A DNA stretch of 64,000 nucleotides from Nitrospirota bacterium (GCA_963740085.1 CAVUCU010000001.1:672001-736000), one strand, 5' to 3'; positions 49,080 through 58,657 are shown, counted from the stretch's first letter. Numbers and translations are program-made. Notes: generated by a model from the letters alone, not told the origin.

Positions 49080-49319
49080 TAGATCTTCTCCTTGTCCGGG
49101 AACTTGATGCCCGGGCGGAATGACCACGGCAGCCGGATGGCGATTGAGGACAGCTCGTACTCGATCGATTTTGATTCAACGGAGAAAAGCCGGCGTGCGA
49201 ACGATGAGAACCACAACACGTGAATATTGAAATACAATTATACCAAAACAAAGAGAATGGCAAAGAAAAATAATTGATAACGCCAGGGGATATTGTGGAG
49301 GAAGATGCTCTGTTCTTTT

Positions 49320-50603
49320 TTAGGGCGACCACGCCGGCGACGTGTAGTTCGCGTCGTTCGGCGTGATCCGCTCGAGGTCCGTACCGTCGGCATTCATGAT
49401 GTAAAGGTTTGACTTGCCTTCGCGGTTCGAGCTGAACAAGATCTGTCTGCCCGAGGGCGACCACGTGGGGTTCTCATCGCTCCCCCGACCGCTCGTGAGG
49501 AGATGCATGTCCGACCCGTCCGGGTTCATTGTCGCGATCTTGAAGAGCCCCTTGATCTGAGAGGCGAATACGATCCGGTCTCCCCGCGACGACCAGTTGG
49601 GCGAGGCGTTGTACGGTCCTTCGAAGCTGATCCGGCGCACATCGGTCCCGTCGGTGCTCATGATGTAAAGCTGTGGTGACCCCGCCCTGCCCGAGGTGAA
49701 CACGATCTCCCTTCCGTTCGGCGACCAGGCGGGAGAAACATTATCAGAACCCCCGTAGGTAAGCCGCTCAAGGTCACCCCCTGTCCTGTTCATGGTATAG
49801 ATCTGGGTGCCGCCGTCCTTGCTCATGGCCAGGGCCAGGCGTTTCCCGTTCGGTGACCAGGCAGGAGAGATGTTCAGCCCCTCATTTCCCGCTATCTTCC
49901 ATCGTTTGCCCGTCTCCATGTCAAGCCCGAAGAGGTCGGGATTCCTGTCTCTGTACGAAACGTAGGCGAGCATTTTGCCGTCGGGGCTCCAGGCGGGGGA
50001 CAGGCATATGGAGCGGTCCGCGGTGATCCTCATTGCGTTCTGGCCGTCGTAGTCCATGACGTAGAGCTCTTTGGAGCGGGTCTTGTCCGAGACGTAGGCG
50101 ATTCGCGTCCGCGCAATTCCCTTCTCGCCCGTGTACCGCGATACGATCTCGTCGGCAAAGGTATGAACCATGCGCCGGAACGTTACTTCATTGCCGAAAT
50201 AATCCTTGTTTGTGATCCGCATTCCCGATGCCGCATCATACAGCTTGCCGGAAAGCACAAGGTCCTTGTCCTTTCTCTGGATCCTGGCCCACACCACGCC
50301 GGTAAGACCGAAGGTACCGCCGCGCTTGACCAGGTCCGATGCCGGCTCACTATTCCCGGTGGTCCTGAGGTCCAGTTTTTTCGGGTCCATGACGTCGAAG
50401 ATCTGGGAGCGTCGCAGGTCCGCTTGCAGGACCTCGAGCGCCATGGCGCGGAGCTTCGAAGATCCTGTTTCATCATAGATATCAAGCACGACGATGGGGA
50501 TCTTTTTCGCTTCGCCGCGGATCGCGCCGAGGTAATATTGGGCGGCCGCGGGGATTGCGGTCAGAAGAAAAAGGAGCATGATGAACAGAATGCGTTTTTT
50601 CAT
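49320..50603 (-). CDS. tolB: Tol-Pal beta-propeller protein TolB
   Basis: TRIAYV, MDYDG, repeated SPAWSP; follows tolQRA. Confidence 0.93.
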   Translation of the reverse strand: MKKRILFIMLLFLLTAIPAAAQYYLGAIRGEAKKIPIVVLDIYDETGSSKLRAMALEVLQADLRRSQIFDVMDPKKLDLRTTGNSEPASDLVKRGGTFGLTGVVWARIQRKDKDLVLSGKLYDAASGMRITNKDYFGNEVTFRRMVHTFADEIVSRYTGEKGIARTRIAYVSDKTRSKELYVMDYDGQNAMRITADRSICLSPAWSPDGKMLAYVSYRDRNPDLFGLDMETGKRWKIAGNEGLNISPAWSPNGKRLALAMSKDGGTQIYTMNRTGGDLERLTYGGSDNVSPAWSPNGREIVFTSGRAGSPQLYIMSTDGTDVRRISFEGPYNASPNWSSRGDRIVFASQIKGLFKIATMNPDGSDMHLLTSGRGSDENPTWSPSGRQILFSSNREGKSNLYIMNADGTDLERITPNDANYTSPAWSP

Positions 50604-50617
50604 GATTTTCTCTGGTC

Positions 50618-50660
50618 GGGATTCAGGAACGCTGCGCTGGACTCCTGGTTCCTGAACCCT
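50618..50660. repeat. Short degenerate heptamer hairpin between tolA and tolB
   Basis: GGGATTCAGGAAC ... CTCCTGG TTCCTGA ACCCT. Confidence 0.5.
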
Positions 50661-50683
50661 TTACCGGTACCCTCTCTTGTTAC

Positions 50684-51466
50684 TCAATCTGCCGGAATCA
50701 AATCCACGGTGAACTCTAACGACGATTGAAAAAACTCGTCCGAAAAATGAGGAAATGGGTTTGATGCATATATTGCGCGCACCGCAGCCTGCTCGAAGGT
50801 GGCTGAACAGTTCGAATGTTCTTTATCCAAATGAACAAATGTTACTAAACCCGACCGGTTGATTTTAAATATGACCCTCGCTTTCGCATCTTTACTGTCC
50901 GGCGGAGGGTTCCAGTTTTGCCCTATCCGATTGCTGACAACGTCAATATACCAGGAATATTTAGAATCTTTAAAATCTTGTTGTGGTGTGATGCTGCCAA
51001 CACCTTCGCTTTTCTTTCCCGTTGCCGCAGGTCCAGCGGCGGGGGCAGCAGGAACGGCGGCAGATCTCTGAGGCGTTGTCTCATTGTTTTTTTTCTCTTC
51101 CAACGGCACCGGTGTCTTTTTCTGCCGGGTAAGGTCAGGCAAACTGTCTTTTTTTGGGGCAACCTTTTTAGGCGCCACGACCGACTTTTTCACCTTCGGA
51201 GACGGCTTGGCCGTTTCCGGCATTGCCTCCTTCTTCGGGGGTGCCGGTGCGGGTGCGGCAGCGGGTGTCGGTGTCGGTACGGATTCCTTCGGCTGCCCCA
51301 CCAGTTTCACCTGATAAGCCGGTGGAAGTACTGCTTTCGGGGTCACCTCGAAGTGCAGAAAGAGGGCGGTCGCCACAATGGCGGCATGCAGAAAAAAGGA
51401 ATAGAAGACCGCAAGTGCAAGCGCATATTCCGACTTCTCAGGCCTCTTCCTTGAAAGCAACATCAT
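50684..51466 (-). CDS. tolA: TolA/TonB-family energy transducer
   Basis: TM with SxxxH, Pro/Lys/Ala linker, C-terminal Y...I..NW.PP...AVRAI...PFP. Confidence 0.8.
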   Translation of the reverse strand: MMLLSRKRPEKSEYALALAVFYSFFLHAAIVATALFLHFEVTPKAVLPPAYQVKLVGQPKESVPTPTPAAAPAPAPPKKEAMPETAKPSPKVKKSVVAPKKVAPKKDSLPDLTRQKKTPVPLEEKKNNETTPQRSAAVPAAPAAGPAATGKKSEGVGSITPQQDFKDSKYSWYIDVVSNRIGQNWNPPPDSKDAKARVIFKINRSGLVTFVHLDKEHSNCSATFEQAAVRAIYASNPFPHFSDEFFQSSLEFTVDLIPAD

Positions 51467-51882
51467 CGAGTGGGCTCACCCCCGGGGGCGGCTTCAGTTA
51501 CCATGCCAAGACGGTCGATCCCCGCGCGTTTTACAATGTCCATCACCCGCACCACTGCGCCGTAGGGAGCGTCCTTATCGGCGCGAAGATACACATTGAT
51601 GAGCGGCTTGGACTTGCGGATGGAATTGAGCACATCCGGAAGCTTCGAAATATCCACCCGTTCCTGCTCCACGAACAGCGCCTGAGCACGGGTGACCGTC
51701 AGCACGACCCGGTCCTCTTGCTTCACTGTATTGGCCTCGGATTTGGGCAGGTTCACGTCCAATCCACGGCTCATCATCGGCGAGATGATCATATAAAAAA
51801 AGAGCACCACGAGCAGCACGTCGATGAGCGGCACGAGATTGATCTCGCGCATAAGATGCCGTTCCCGTCGTTCGAAGCTCAT
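51463..51882 (-). CDS. tolR: TolR/ExbD
   Basis: EINLVPLIDVLLV, VNLP, LRADK..PYG.V..VM. Confidence 0.9.
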   Translation of the reverse strand: MSFERRERHLMREINLVPLIDVLLVVLFFYMIISPMMSRGLDVNLPKSEANTVKQEDRVVLTVTRAQALFVEQERVDISKLPDVLNSIRKSKPLINVYLRADKDAPYGAVVRVMDIVKRAGIDRLGMVTEAAPGGEPTR

Positions 51883-52595
51883 GACTTACCCCGGAAAAGG
51901 TTCCTCTCGATAAAGCTCAGGAACTCCATGGAGAATGAATCCATCCGCGTGGCAATACCCCTGATCTTCTCCGAAAAATAGTTATAGGCGATCACCGCGG
52001 GGATGGCCACGAACAGCCCCATTGAGGTATTGATGAGCGCCGCTGCGAGTCCAGGGGCAAGCGCGCCGATGTCGCCCGCACCTTTGAGCCCGATCCCGTA
52101 GAATGCCTCCATGATGCCCCAGACCGTGGCCAAAAGTCCCAGGAGCGGTCCCACCGTACCCGTGGTTCCCAGGAACGCGAGATATCGCTCCATATAGACG
52201 ATCTCATCCTGCGTGTTGATCTTGAGCGAGCGCTCGATTTCCTGGGATATAAGGGGACGCTCCTCCGAGGTAACCTGTCCATCCGGAAGGGTTTTGATGA
52301 TGGATTCAGCTTTTCGATAGCCTTCCACGAAGAGCGTGGCAAGCGGACTGTATTTTTTCTCGTCTGCGAGTTTGAAAAGATCTTCGATTTTCTTCATCTT
52401 CCGGAACTCCATCAGGAAGACATGGGACTCCTTCTCCGACCTTCTCAGGAACTGGTACTTGAGCAGGATCATGGCCCAGGAGACCACCGAAAATCCCATC
52501 AAGATGAACACGATCACCTTGCCGAACCATGTCACCTCCCCGAAAAGGCCGATCACTCCCGAGCCTACTCCGGGCACTGCGCTGATTGCAAGCAT
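51879..52595 (-). CDS. tolQ: TolQ/ExbB
   Basis: SVVSWA, FLGT...GP..GLL.TVWGIM, APG...AL..T..GLFVAIPAV..YN. Confidence 0.9.
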   Translation of the reverse strand: MLAISAVPGVGSGVIGLFGEVTWFGKVIVFILMGFSVVSWAMILLKYQFLRRSEKESHVFLMEFRKMKKIEDLFKLADEKKYSPLATLFVEGYRKAESIIKTLPDGQVTSEERPLISQEIERSLKINTQDEIVYMERYLAFLGTTGTVGPLLGLLATVWGIMEAFYGIGLKGAGDIGALAPGLAAALINTSMGLFVAIPAVIAYNYFSEKIRGIATRMDSFSMEFLSFIERNLFRGKS

Positions 52596-52613
52596 TGTTA
52601 CCTCCGATAAAAC

Positions 52614-52708
52614 ATTGGAAATTGGAAATTGAAGATTGGAAATTGGAAATTTTAAATTGAGGAAAAAACCAACTTGCAATCTAAAATTTCCAATTTGCAA
52701 TTTCCAAT
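52614..52708. repeat. Heptamer inverted-repeat element (ATTGGAA)x7 / (TTCCAAT)x5, degenerate
   Basis: ATTGGAA ATTGGAA ATTGAAG ATTGGAA ATTGGAA ATTTTAA ATTGAGG ... TTGCAAT CTAAAAT TTCCAAT TTGCAAT TTCCAAT. Confidence 0.9.
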
Positions 52709-52716
52709 CGGCGTCA

Positions 52717-54645
52717 TTAGACGCCGATCACCCTCCCCATATCAGACACCCCGTACCCACCCATACGTATGATCCGCTCCCGAAACTCTTTGTCCCCTCG
52801 GATGATCCCGAGCAAGGCCTGCATCATCGGTGTCTCATAAAAATCCTGCGGTATGGCCAGATCATATCGCTCCTGCGCCACGGGAACGAAATCGAGATCA
52901 AGCGCCTGCGCCGCCGAGAGCACCGCAAGCCCGGTGTCACCCGCTCCCGAAAGTACGGCAGCTGCAACCGCCATGTGGGTGAATTCTTCATGATAATACC
53001 CGTTTACTGTGCCCGGGTCAATCCTCAATTTTTTCAGATACAGGTCGGTCAAAAGCCGCGTGCCCGCACCCGCCTGGCGGTTCACAAAGACCACGTCCTT
53101 GCGTCTCAGATCGTCGAATCCCTTGATGCCTTTGGGGTTGCCCCTGGGAACGATGAACCCCTGGGTCCGGTACACAAGGTTTACGAGCACGATCTTTGTA
53201 TCAGGCAGAAGTTTCTTGATATAGCTTGTATTATACTCACCCGTTTCTTCATCGAGCAGATGCGTACCCGCGAGATGCGCCTCGCCGCGTTTGAGCGCGA
53301 GGAGGCCGCCCATGCTTCCCACGTGCGCCGATGAGAGCGAATACTCAGGGTGTTTTTTCCTGAGATAATTGCCGAGCACGTCAAGGGCATTGTCATGCGA
53401 ACCGATACAAACAAGAGTGTTTTCGATCTCGCGAACGGCGCGCAATAACTCCACGGTCACTGCATGACCGGCTGCGATCCCCTCGCTCTGCGCGGGGACA
53501 TGAATGATGCCGTCGGCGCGTACCAGCGACATGAGCGCTCCTGCACCGCGCGTCACGGGCGTGGCGATCAGGGTGCCTGACACGCTCCCGAGCTTCACGC
53601 GGATGAACTCCTCCTGCCCGAGCGAGGATGCCACCTGCCTGCTGAGCTTGGCCGCGATCGTATCCGAACCCGGCGCTTTCAGTCCCAGCAATGCGAAGAC
53701 CAGGGGCTTGACGAAAAGCGTGAACGTGAGCGCCGCAGATACGGGATACCCCGGGATGCCGATCACGGGCCTGCCTTTGATGATACCGAGGATCACGGGT
53801 TTGCCCGGCTTGATGGAGACGCCATGAACAATGACCTCCCCGAGTTCGGCGATCACATCGACCGTGAAATCTTCCCTGCCCGCGGATGACCCCGCGTTGA
53901 TCACAACCACATCAGAATCAACGATCGCATCAAGAATTGCCTGTCTCAGAAGAGCGGCATTGTCTTTTATGATATGCTTTCGCACTGCATGAGCACCGTA
54001 CTCCGTGGCCGTCGCCGCAAGCATGGTTGAATTGAAATCGATGATGTCGCCCCGCTTCAGTTGGCAGCCCGGTTCCACCAGTTCGGTGCCGGTCGGGATG
54101 ATCGAGACAACCGGCCTCCGTCGGACCATGACCGAGGAATGACCGCTCGCGAGCATCGCAGCCATGTCAACAGGACGGACCACGTGGTTTTCGGAGATGA
54201 TAAGCTCGGTGGCAACAATGTCCTCCCCCACCAAACGCACATGCTGCCACGGCGTTGCCGGCCTCAGGATCTCGATCTCGGATTCGGATATCTTTTCCAC
54301 GTCCTCGATCATGATTACGGCGTCGAAACCATCCGGCACGGGATCGCCGGTGTCGATCGCTACTGCCTGAGAGGGGACCATGAGGCTCTTGGGTCTGGTC
54401 TCCGCAGCGCCGAAGGTGTCGATGAACTTGACGGCATAACCGTCCATAGCTGCGGAATGATAAAAGGGCGAAGATATTTTTGCGATCACCGCTTCCGAGG
54501 TTACCCGGCCGAGCGCATCGCCGATGGGGATAGGTTCACCAGAGAGCGGCCCGCCGATACCAGCAGCCGACAGTGCGTCATTATACTTTTTGACAGCGTC
54601 GGCAAGCGGTTCGTTTGAGAGATATTTTTTTTGTTTGAATGCCAT
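52717..54645 (-). CDS. moeA: MoeA fused to a C-terminal periplasmic-binding-protein/LysR-type substrate domain
   Basis: SAAMDGYAV, GSSAGREDF, IKPGKP, PGYPVSA; IGSHD, VGSMGG, NRQAGAGTR, THMAVAAAV. Confidence 0.92.
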   Translation of the reverse strand: MAFKQKKYLSNEPLADAVKKYNDALSAAGIGGPLSGEPIPIGDALGRVTSEAVIAKISSPFYHSAAMDGYAVKFIDTFGAAETRPKSLMVPSQAVAIDTGDPVPDGFDAVIMIEDVEKISESEIEILRPATPWQHVRLVGEDIVATELIISENHVVRPVDMAAMLASGHSSVMVRRRPVVSIIPTGTELVEPGCQLKRGDIIDFNSTMLAATATEYGAHAVRKHIIKDNAALLRQAILDAIVDSDVVVINAGSSAGREDFTVDVIAELGEVIVHGVSIKPGKPVILGIIKGRPVIGIPGYPVSAALTFTLFVKPLVFALLGLKAPGSDTIAAKLSRQVASSLGQEEFIRVKLGSVSGTLIATPVTRGAGALMSLVRADGIIHVPAQSEGIAAGHAVTVELLRAVREIENTLVCIGSHDNALDVLGNYLRKKHPEYSLSSAHVGSMGGLLALKRGEAHLAGTHLLDEETGEYNTSYIKKLLPDTKIVLVNLVYRTQGFIVPRGNPKGIKGFDDLRRKDVVFVNRQAGAGTRLLTDLYLKKLRIDPGTVNGYYHEEFTHMAVAAAVLSGAGDTGLAVLSAAQALDLDFVPVAQERYDLAIPQDFYETPMMQALLGIIRGDKEFRERIIRMGGYGVSDMGRVIGV

Positions 54646-54714
54646 AGTAAGTTTGGAATCGGATTTGTTCCGCCCTTTTCCACTTTCATTATTTTTTTTG
54701 TAAGTTCCCTGCGA

Positions 54715-56001
54715 TCAGAAAAGCCTCACTTCCACTTCCTCACCGGATTCTATCCCTATCTTGTTTACCGGCACCACCACCGTGCCCACAGCTTTGACGA
54801 GCGTGCTGATGAGCCCTGATGCGCCGAACACGGGACGCGCCCAGAGCTGACCATCCTTCTTTTCAAGCGTTACGCGCACATGGTCTTCGCGACCGGGAGC
54901 GGACGGGATGCTTCGGGCAAGTTTTGCCTTCACCATGCGGTAGGGAGGAATATCTGCAAGCGTTGGATCGGGAAGTGCGCCGGTGAACCGCATCAGGACT
55001 GGTTTCACGAACACATCGAAGCAGATTGAGACCGCGGCCTGGTGTCCCGGCAGCCCGAAGACGGGGATGGCAACACCCGTCCTCTTTTCATTCACCACTC
55101 CGAGAATGATCGGTTTCCCCGGCTTGATGGAAACGCCATGGACAAGCACCCCCGGCGGTCCAAAGCCGTTAATGACCCTGGCCGTGAAATCCGCAGTACC
55201 TACCGAGCTTCCCCCGGTGAAGAGAATAATATGACAGCTCGACATTGCCTCTTCAAACGCTGTGCGCAGACGACCATAAATATCAGGCAGGATACCCATC
55301 CTGACCGCCACGCCGCCTGCCGATTCGATCATCCCTTCAAGATTGTAGGAATTACTGTCCCGTATCCTTCCCGGACCAGGCGTCGTGTCCGCGGGAACAA
55401 GCTCATTCCCCGTGGAAATGATCGCGATCCTGGGCTTGACGAAAACAGGAATTTTCGTGATGCCCATGCAGGCAAGCGCTCCCATGTCCTGTGGCCTGAT
55501 CACGTGCCCCCTGCCCAAAACTGTTTCGCCTTTACGCATGTCGTCGCCGACCCGGCTTACGTTCTCATGGGGAGCGACCGCTTTCACGACCTCGATGTTC
55601 GTCTCATCCACGGGCTGGGTCTGCTCGAACATCACCACGGCGTCCGCACCCTGCGGCAGCGCGCCGCCCGTGGCGATCTTCATCGCCTCGCCCTTGATGA
55701 TGCCGCGTTCCGGCATGGTCCCCATGAGGATGTCTCCGACAATGGTGAGCAGAACCGGACGCGATTCAGCGGCGCCGAACGTGTCGGCGCTCCTGACCGC
55801 ATACCCATCCATGGTGGATCGGTCGAATTCGGGGAGGTTTTCAGGCGAGCGAATTTCCCCGGCCAGTACTCTGCCGAGGGAATGACTGATATGAATTACT
55901 TCGGAAGCAGTCGACGGGACCGCAAGATGTTCTTCGAGTGTTTTGAGTGCTGCTTCTCGTGTAACCACACCGGTTCGGCCGAGCATATCTTGAACGGTCA
56001 T
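54715..56001 (-). CDS. moeA: Molybdopterin molybdenum/tungsten transferase MoeA (gephyrin-like)
   Basis: FDRSTMDGYAV, IATGGALPQGADAVVM, STGNEL, GGSSVG, IKPGKP, GLPGH. Confidence 0.93.
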   Translation of the reverse strand: MTVQDMLGRTGVVTREAALKTLEEHLAVPSTASEVIHISHSLGRVLAGEIRSPENLPEFDRSTMDGYAVRSADTFGAAESRPVLLTIVGDILMGTMPERGIIKGEAMKIATGGALPQGADAVVMFEQTQPVDETNIEVVKAVAPHENVSRVGDDMRKGETVLGRGHVIRPQDMGALACMGITKIPVFVKPRIAIISTGNELVPADTTPGPGRIRDSNSYNLEGMIESAGGVAVRMGILPDIYGRLRTAFEEAMSSCHIILFTGGSSVGTADFTARVINGFGPPGVLVHGVSIKPGKPIILGVVNEKRTGVAIPVFGLPGHQAAVSICFDVFVKPVLMRFTGALPDPTLADIPPYRMVKAKLARSIPSAPGREDHVRVTLEKKDGQLWARPVFGASGLISTLVKAVGTVVVPVNKIGIESGEEVEVRLF

Positions 56002-56024
56002 GAAGACAACCTCACCTGCGGCAA

Positions 56025-56113
56025 GCATTGCAAAAGACAAACGGCAAAATGAAAAGCATACATTGTCGGAACTGCACATTTTACACTTTGCGCTATGCAC
56101 TTTGCGCTATGCA
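56025..56113. repeat. Heptamer inverted-repeat element (AAAATGC-like / TTGCGCT-ATGCACT)
   Basis: GCATTGC AAAAGAC AAACGGC AAAATGA ... TTACACT TTGCGCT ATGCACT TTGCGCT ATGCA; abuts the trxB stop. Confidence 0.85.
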
Positions 56114-57052
56114 TTATTTTCCTTCCGCTTCCGCCTTCGCCTTGATCTTCCGCACGTACGATGCGGCCCGCATGCCGGCGACCGAACCTTCGCCCGCCGC
56201 TGCCACGATCTGCATCCCGCCGCATGTACAATCGCCGGCGGCGAACACGCCGTCGACGTTCATCCGCTGGTGCCTGTCCACGATCAGGCAACCGCGGTCA
56301 TCAGCATGGCCTCCGGCCTTCAGGATGAGGTTCGAAATGGGTGTAGAGCCCATGGCGATGAAAACCCCATCGAGCGGGATAATCTCCTCGATGCCGTCGT
56401 GGATTACCTTAAGGCCCGTAACCAGTTCGTCGCCGACTATGGAGTGGATCTTCGTGATCGGACGTATTTCTACGTTGGGCTTTGACCTTAGCCGGCTCAT
56501 AACGGTCTCGACGATGTCAAGCGCCTTGTGTGGGATGAGCGTGACCTTGTCCGCGAGGTCGGAGAGGTGGTGCGCCTCTTCCCCTGCCTCGTCTTCGGCG
56601 CCCACCACTGCAACTATTTTGCCTTTGAAGAACATGCCGTCGCAGGTGGCGCAGTACGAGACACCCTTGCCCAGATATTCCTTGGCTCCCGGCACATCCA
56701 GTTTCTTGCGCGCCACACCGATGGCGATGATCACCGCGTGGGCTTCGTACACCTCTTCGCGGGTGCGCACACGCTTGACCGCCCCCTTCAGCTCCATGTC
56801 CACTACTTCCACGGGATAGATGATGGTCGCGCCGAACTTCTCCGCCTGCTTGGCCATGATCTGCGTGAGGTCCATGCCGTTGACGGTCTCATATCCCGGA
56901 TAGTTCTCGATGTGGGCGATCTTGGCGGTATATCCACCGACAAAATCCTTTTCGAGCACGACACACTTCTGGCCTGCCCGTCCGAGATAGAGTGCTGCGG
57001 TGAGACCCGCGGGGCCTGAGCCGATAATGATTACGTCGTAGAACTGCGCCAT
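56114..57052 (-). CDS. Thioredoxin-reductase-family flavoprotein with non-canonical NADPH site
   Basis: GSGPAG, IENYPG, GVSYCATCDG, GVFAAGD; has GAEDEA and HKALD where GGGxxA and HRRD are expected. Confidence 0.88.
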   Translation of the reverse strand: MAQFYDVIIIGSGPAGLTAALYLGRAGQKCVVLEKDFVGGYTAKIAHIENYPGYETVNGMDLTQIMAKQAEKFGATIIYPVEVVDMELKGAVKRVRTREEVYEAHAVIIAIGVARKKLDVPGAKEYLGKGVSYCATCDGMFFKGKIVAVVGAEDEAGEEAHHLSDLADKVTLIPHKALDIVETVMSRLRSKPNVEIRPITKIHSIVGDELVTGLKVIHDGIEEIIPLDGVFIAMGSTPISNLILKAGGHADDRGCLIVDRHQRMNVDGVFAAGDCTCGGMQIVAAAGEGSVAGMRAASYVRKIKAKAEAEGK

Positions 57053-57192
57053 AGGTAATTCCTCCTTGATGCGAATGAACGCCGGCGGGAAATAGCCTTA
57101 TTCCCGCGAATGCAACCCGTGACTGGATCCTGCGAAAAGGTGCCCACCCCTGACATGCACGGGCATCTCCCGATAAACATCGTGAATACCCC

Positions 57193-57221
57193 ATTTTATC
57201 CGAGCAACAGTGACAAGTCAA
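57193..57221 (-). promoter_or_regulatory. Sigma70 promoter of the trxB-like/moeA operon
   Basis: TTGACT-N17-TAAAAT, about 140 nt upstream of the ATG. Confidence 0.65.
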
Positions 57222-57319
57222 CACCGGAAACAGGCGTGAGCCGCATAACGCTTGCAAGATACCGCGGACATCGGGTAAGATAGAGCGAAGAAAAGAGGAG
57301 GAAAAAAGAGGAGGAAACA

Positions 57320-57493
57320 ATGACGCGGGAAAAGATGATTGAAGCTGTTCAGATGGCGTCGGTAAACAACCGGCTGAGCTGTGAGCGAGCGCACGAACTG
57401 GCAGTAGAACTGAACACCTCGTTACAGGAGATCGGCGTGCTTTGCAATGAGCTGAAGATCAAAATCGCCGACTGCCAGCTCGGGTGTTTTTAG
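57320..57493 (+). CDS. Small conserved Cys-rich protein (57 aa, C-terminal CQLGCF), missing from the ORF track
   Basis: MTREKMIEAVQMASVNNRLSCERAHELAVELNTSLQEIGVLCNELKIKIADCQLGCF*; strong GAGGAGG RBS. Confidence 0.85.
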   Translation: MTREKMIEAVQMASVNNRLSCERAHELAVELNTSLQEIGVLCNELKIKIADCQLGCF

Positions 57494-57514
57494 ACGCATT
57501 TCTCCATTTCTATT

Positions 57515-58657
57515 CTAATGGATGCCGTGTTCCTCGTCCAATTTCATACCGGGCATGGTCAGGGCACTGGAAAAACAGGTCACGAGGTTCTTGCCCATTG
57601 CCTTTGAGCGATAGAGCGCAATGTCGGCCTCCTGGATCAATTCGGAATAGCTCTTCAAGATAGCCTGCCCCATGTTCGACAGACCGAGACTTACCGTTAC
57701 CTTTTCAAAGGGGTGGGAAACCTTCACCGAAAAAGGATATTCCTCGATTGTCTTTCGCACCCGCTCGGCGACCGGCAGGGCTTCCTCGACACTGGTCTCC
57801 GCGAGCAGTATCGAAAATTCCTCACCCCCGTAGCGGAAACACGTGTCTGTGCTCCCGGTCCTGCACGCCGCGTTCAACAACGGCCCCATTTGGGCTATTA
57901 GCCTGCTGCCTTCAAGATGTCCATAGCGGTCGTTGATGCGCTTGAAATCATCGATGTCGATCATGATAAAGCAGAACTCCCTGCCGGTGCGCACTTTTCT
58001 GCGGACCTCTTCTTCGAGCTTCTCAATGAGCACGCGGTAATTGAGCAGGCCGGTCAGTTCATCCACCCGCGCCAGCTCGAGCGTCTTTTTAAAAAGTGCC
58101 GCCTTCTCCAGTCCGGCGGAAATCAGGTGAGAGAGAGTCCGCAGAAGGTCGAATTCCTCGACCTTGAATGCGGATAGTTTGCTGTGGCTGAAGCCCATGA
58201 CGCCGACGATACGGTTCTCATTCTTGAGCGGTATACCGATATAGCTCCCGAGTCCCTTCTTTTCGTCCGGCTGATGAAGGAAACTTCCGAACAGCGCGGC
58301 ATCGTCTAAAAAGATCGGCTCACCGCTTGTCGCGATCTCTCCGGGAGCGCCGTTGTCAAAAGAAATGGATTCCATCATTCTGGACTGCGATGAGGGTAAC
58401 TGAAAAAAGATCGGCTCCAAACCGGTCAGGTCCTTCTTTACCATATATACCGAGGCATCCTCAAAGCTGACCGCCTTGCCGATTGATGACATGATCTTTT
58501 GGATGAGTTCGGAGGGTTCCAGTTCTGAGGCGATGATTTTACCGACATCGTAGAACAGGTGGGTATCGGTGAGTTTTTGGTAAAAAAGTGTTTTGTAGTC
58601 GCGGTCGGGTGCGGTACGCTTACTCTTTTTTTCTCTCACAATATTCCTTTTCAGCAT
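57515..58657 (-). CDS. GAF-GGDEF diguanylate cyclase
   Basis: GAF (SYIGIPLK...VGV), DELTGLLNYR, DIDDFK, YGHLEG, RYGGEEF. Confidence 0.92.
   Translation of the reverse strand: MLKRNIVREKKSKRTAPDRDYKTLFYQKLTDTHLFYDVGKIIASELEPSELIQKIMSSIGKAVSFEDASVYMVKKDLTGLEPIFFQLPSSQSRMMESISFDNGAPGEIATSGEPIFLDDAALFGSFLHQPDEKKGLGSYIGIPLKNENRIVGVMGFSHSKLSAFKVEEFDLLRTLSHLISAGLEKAALFKKTLELARVDELTGLLNYRVLIEKLEEEVRRKVRTGREFCFIMIDIDDFKRINDRYGHLEGSRLIAQMGPLLNAACRTGSTDTCFRYGGEEFSILLAETSVEEALPVAERVRKTIEEYPFSVKVSHPFEKVTVSLGLSNMGQAILKSYSELIQEADIALYRSKAMGKNLVTCFSSALTMPGMKLDEEHGIH

Noticed and set aside
52614-52708. CRISPR array interpretation of the short repeats (also 13515, 56025, 61532)
   Set aside because: Units are 7-9 nt and contiguous, with no unique spacers and no cas genes in the window.
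56002-56100. N-terminal extensions of moeA, tolQ, clpB and the cytochrome c in the ORF track
   Set aside because: They come from reading through repeat elements or intergenic DNA; RBS and homology point to downstream starts.
57053-57190. Canonical Moco/Wco riboswitch
   Set aside because: The conserved GNRA-capped stems and motif sequences could not be matched by eye; kept only as an unassigned structured leader.
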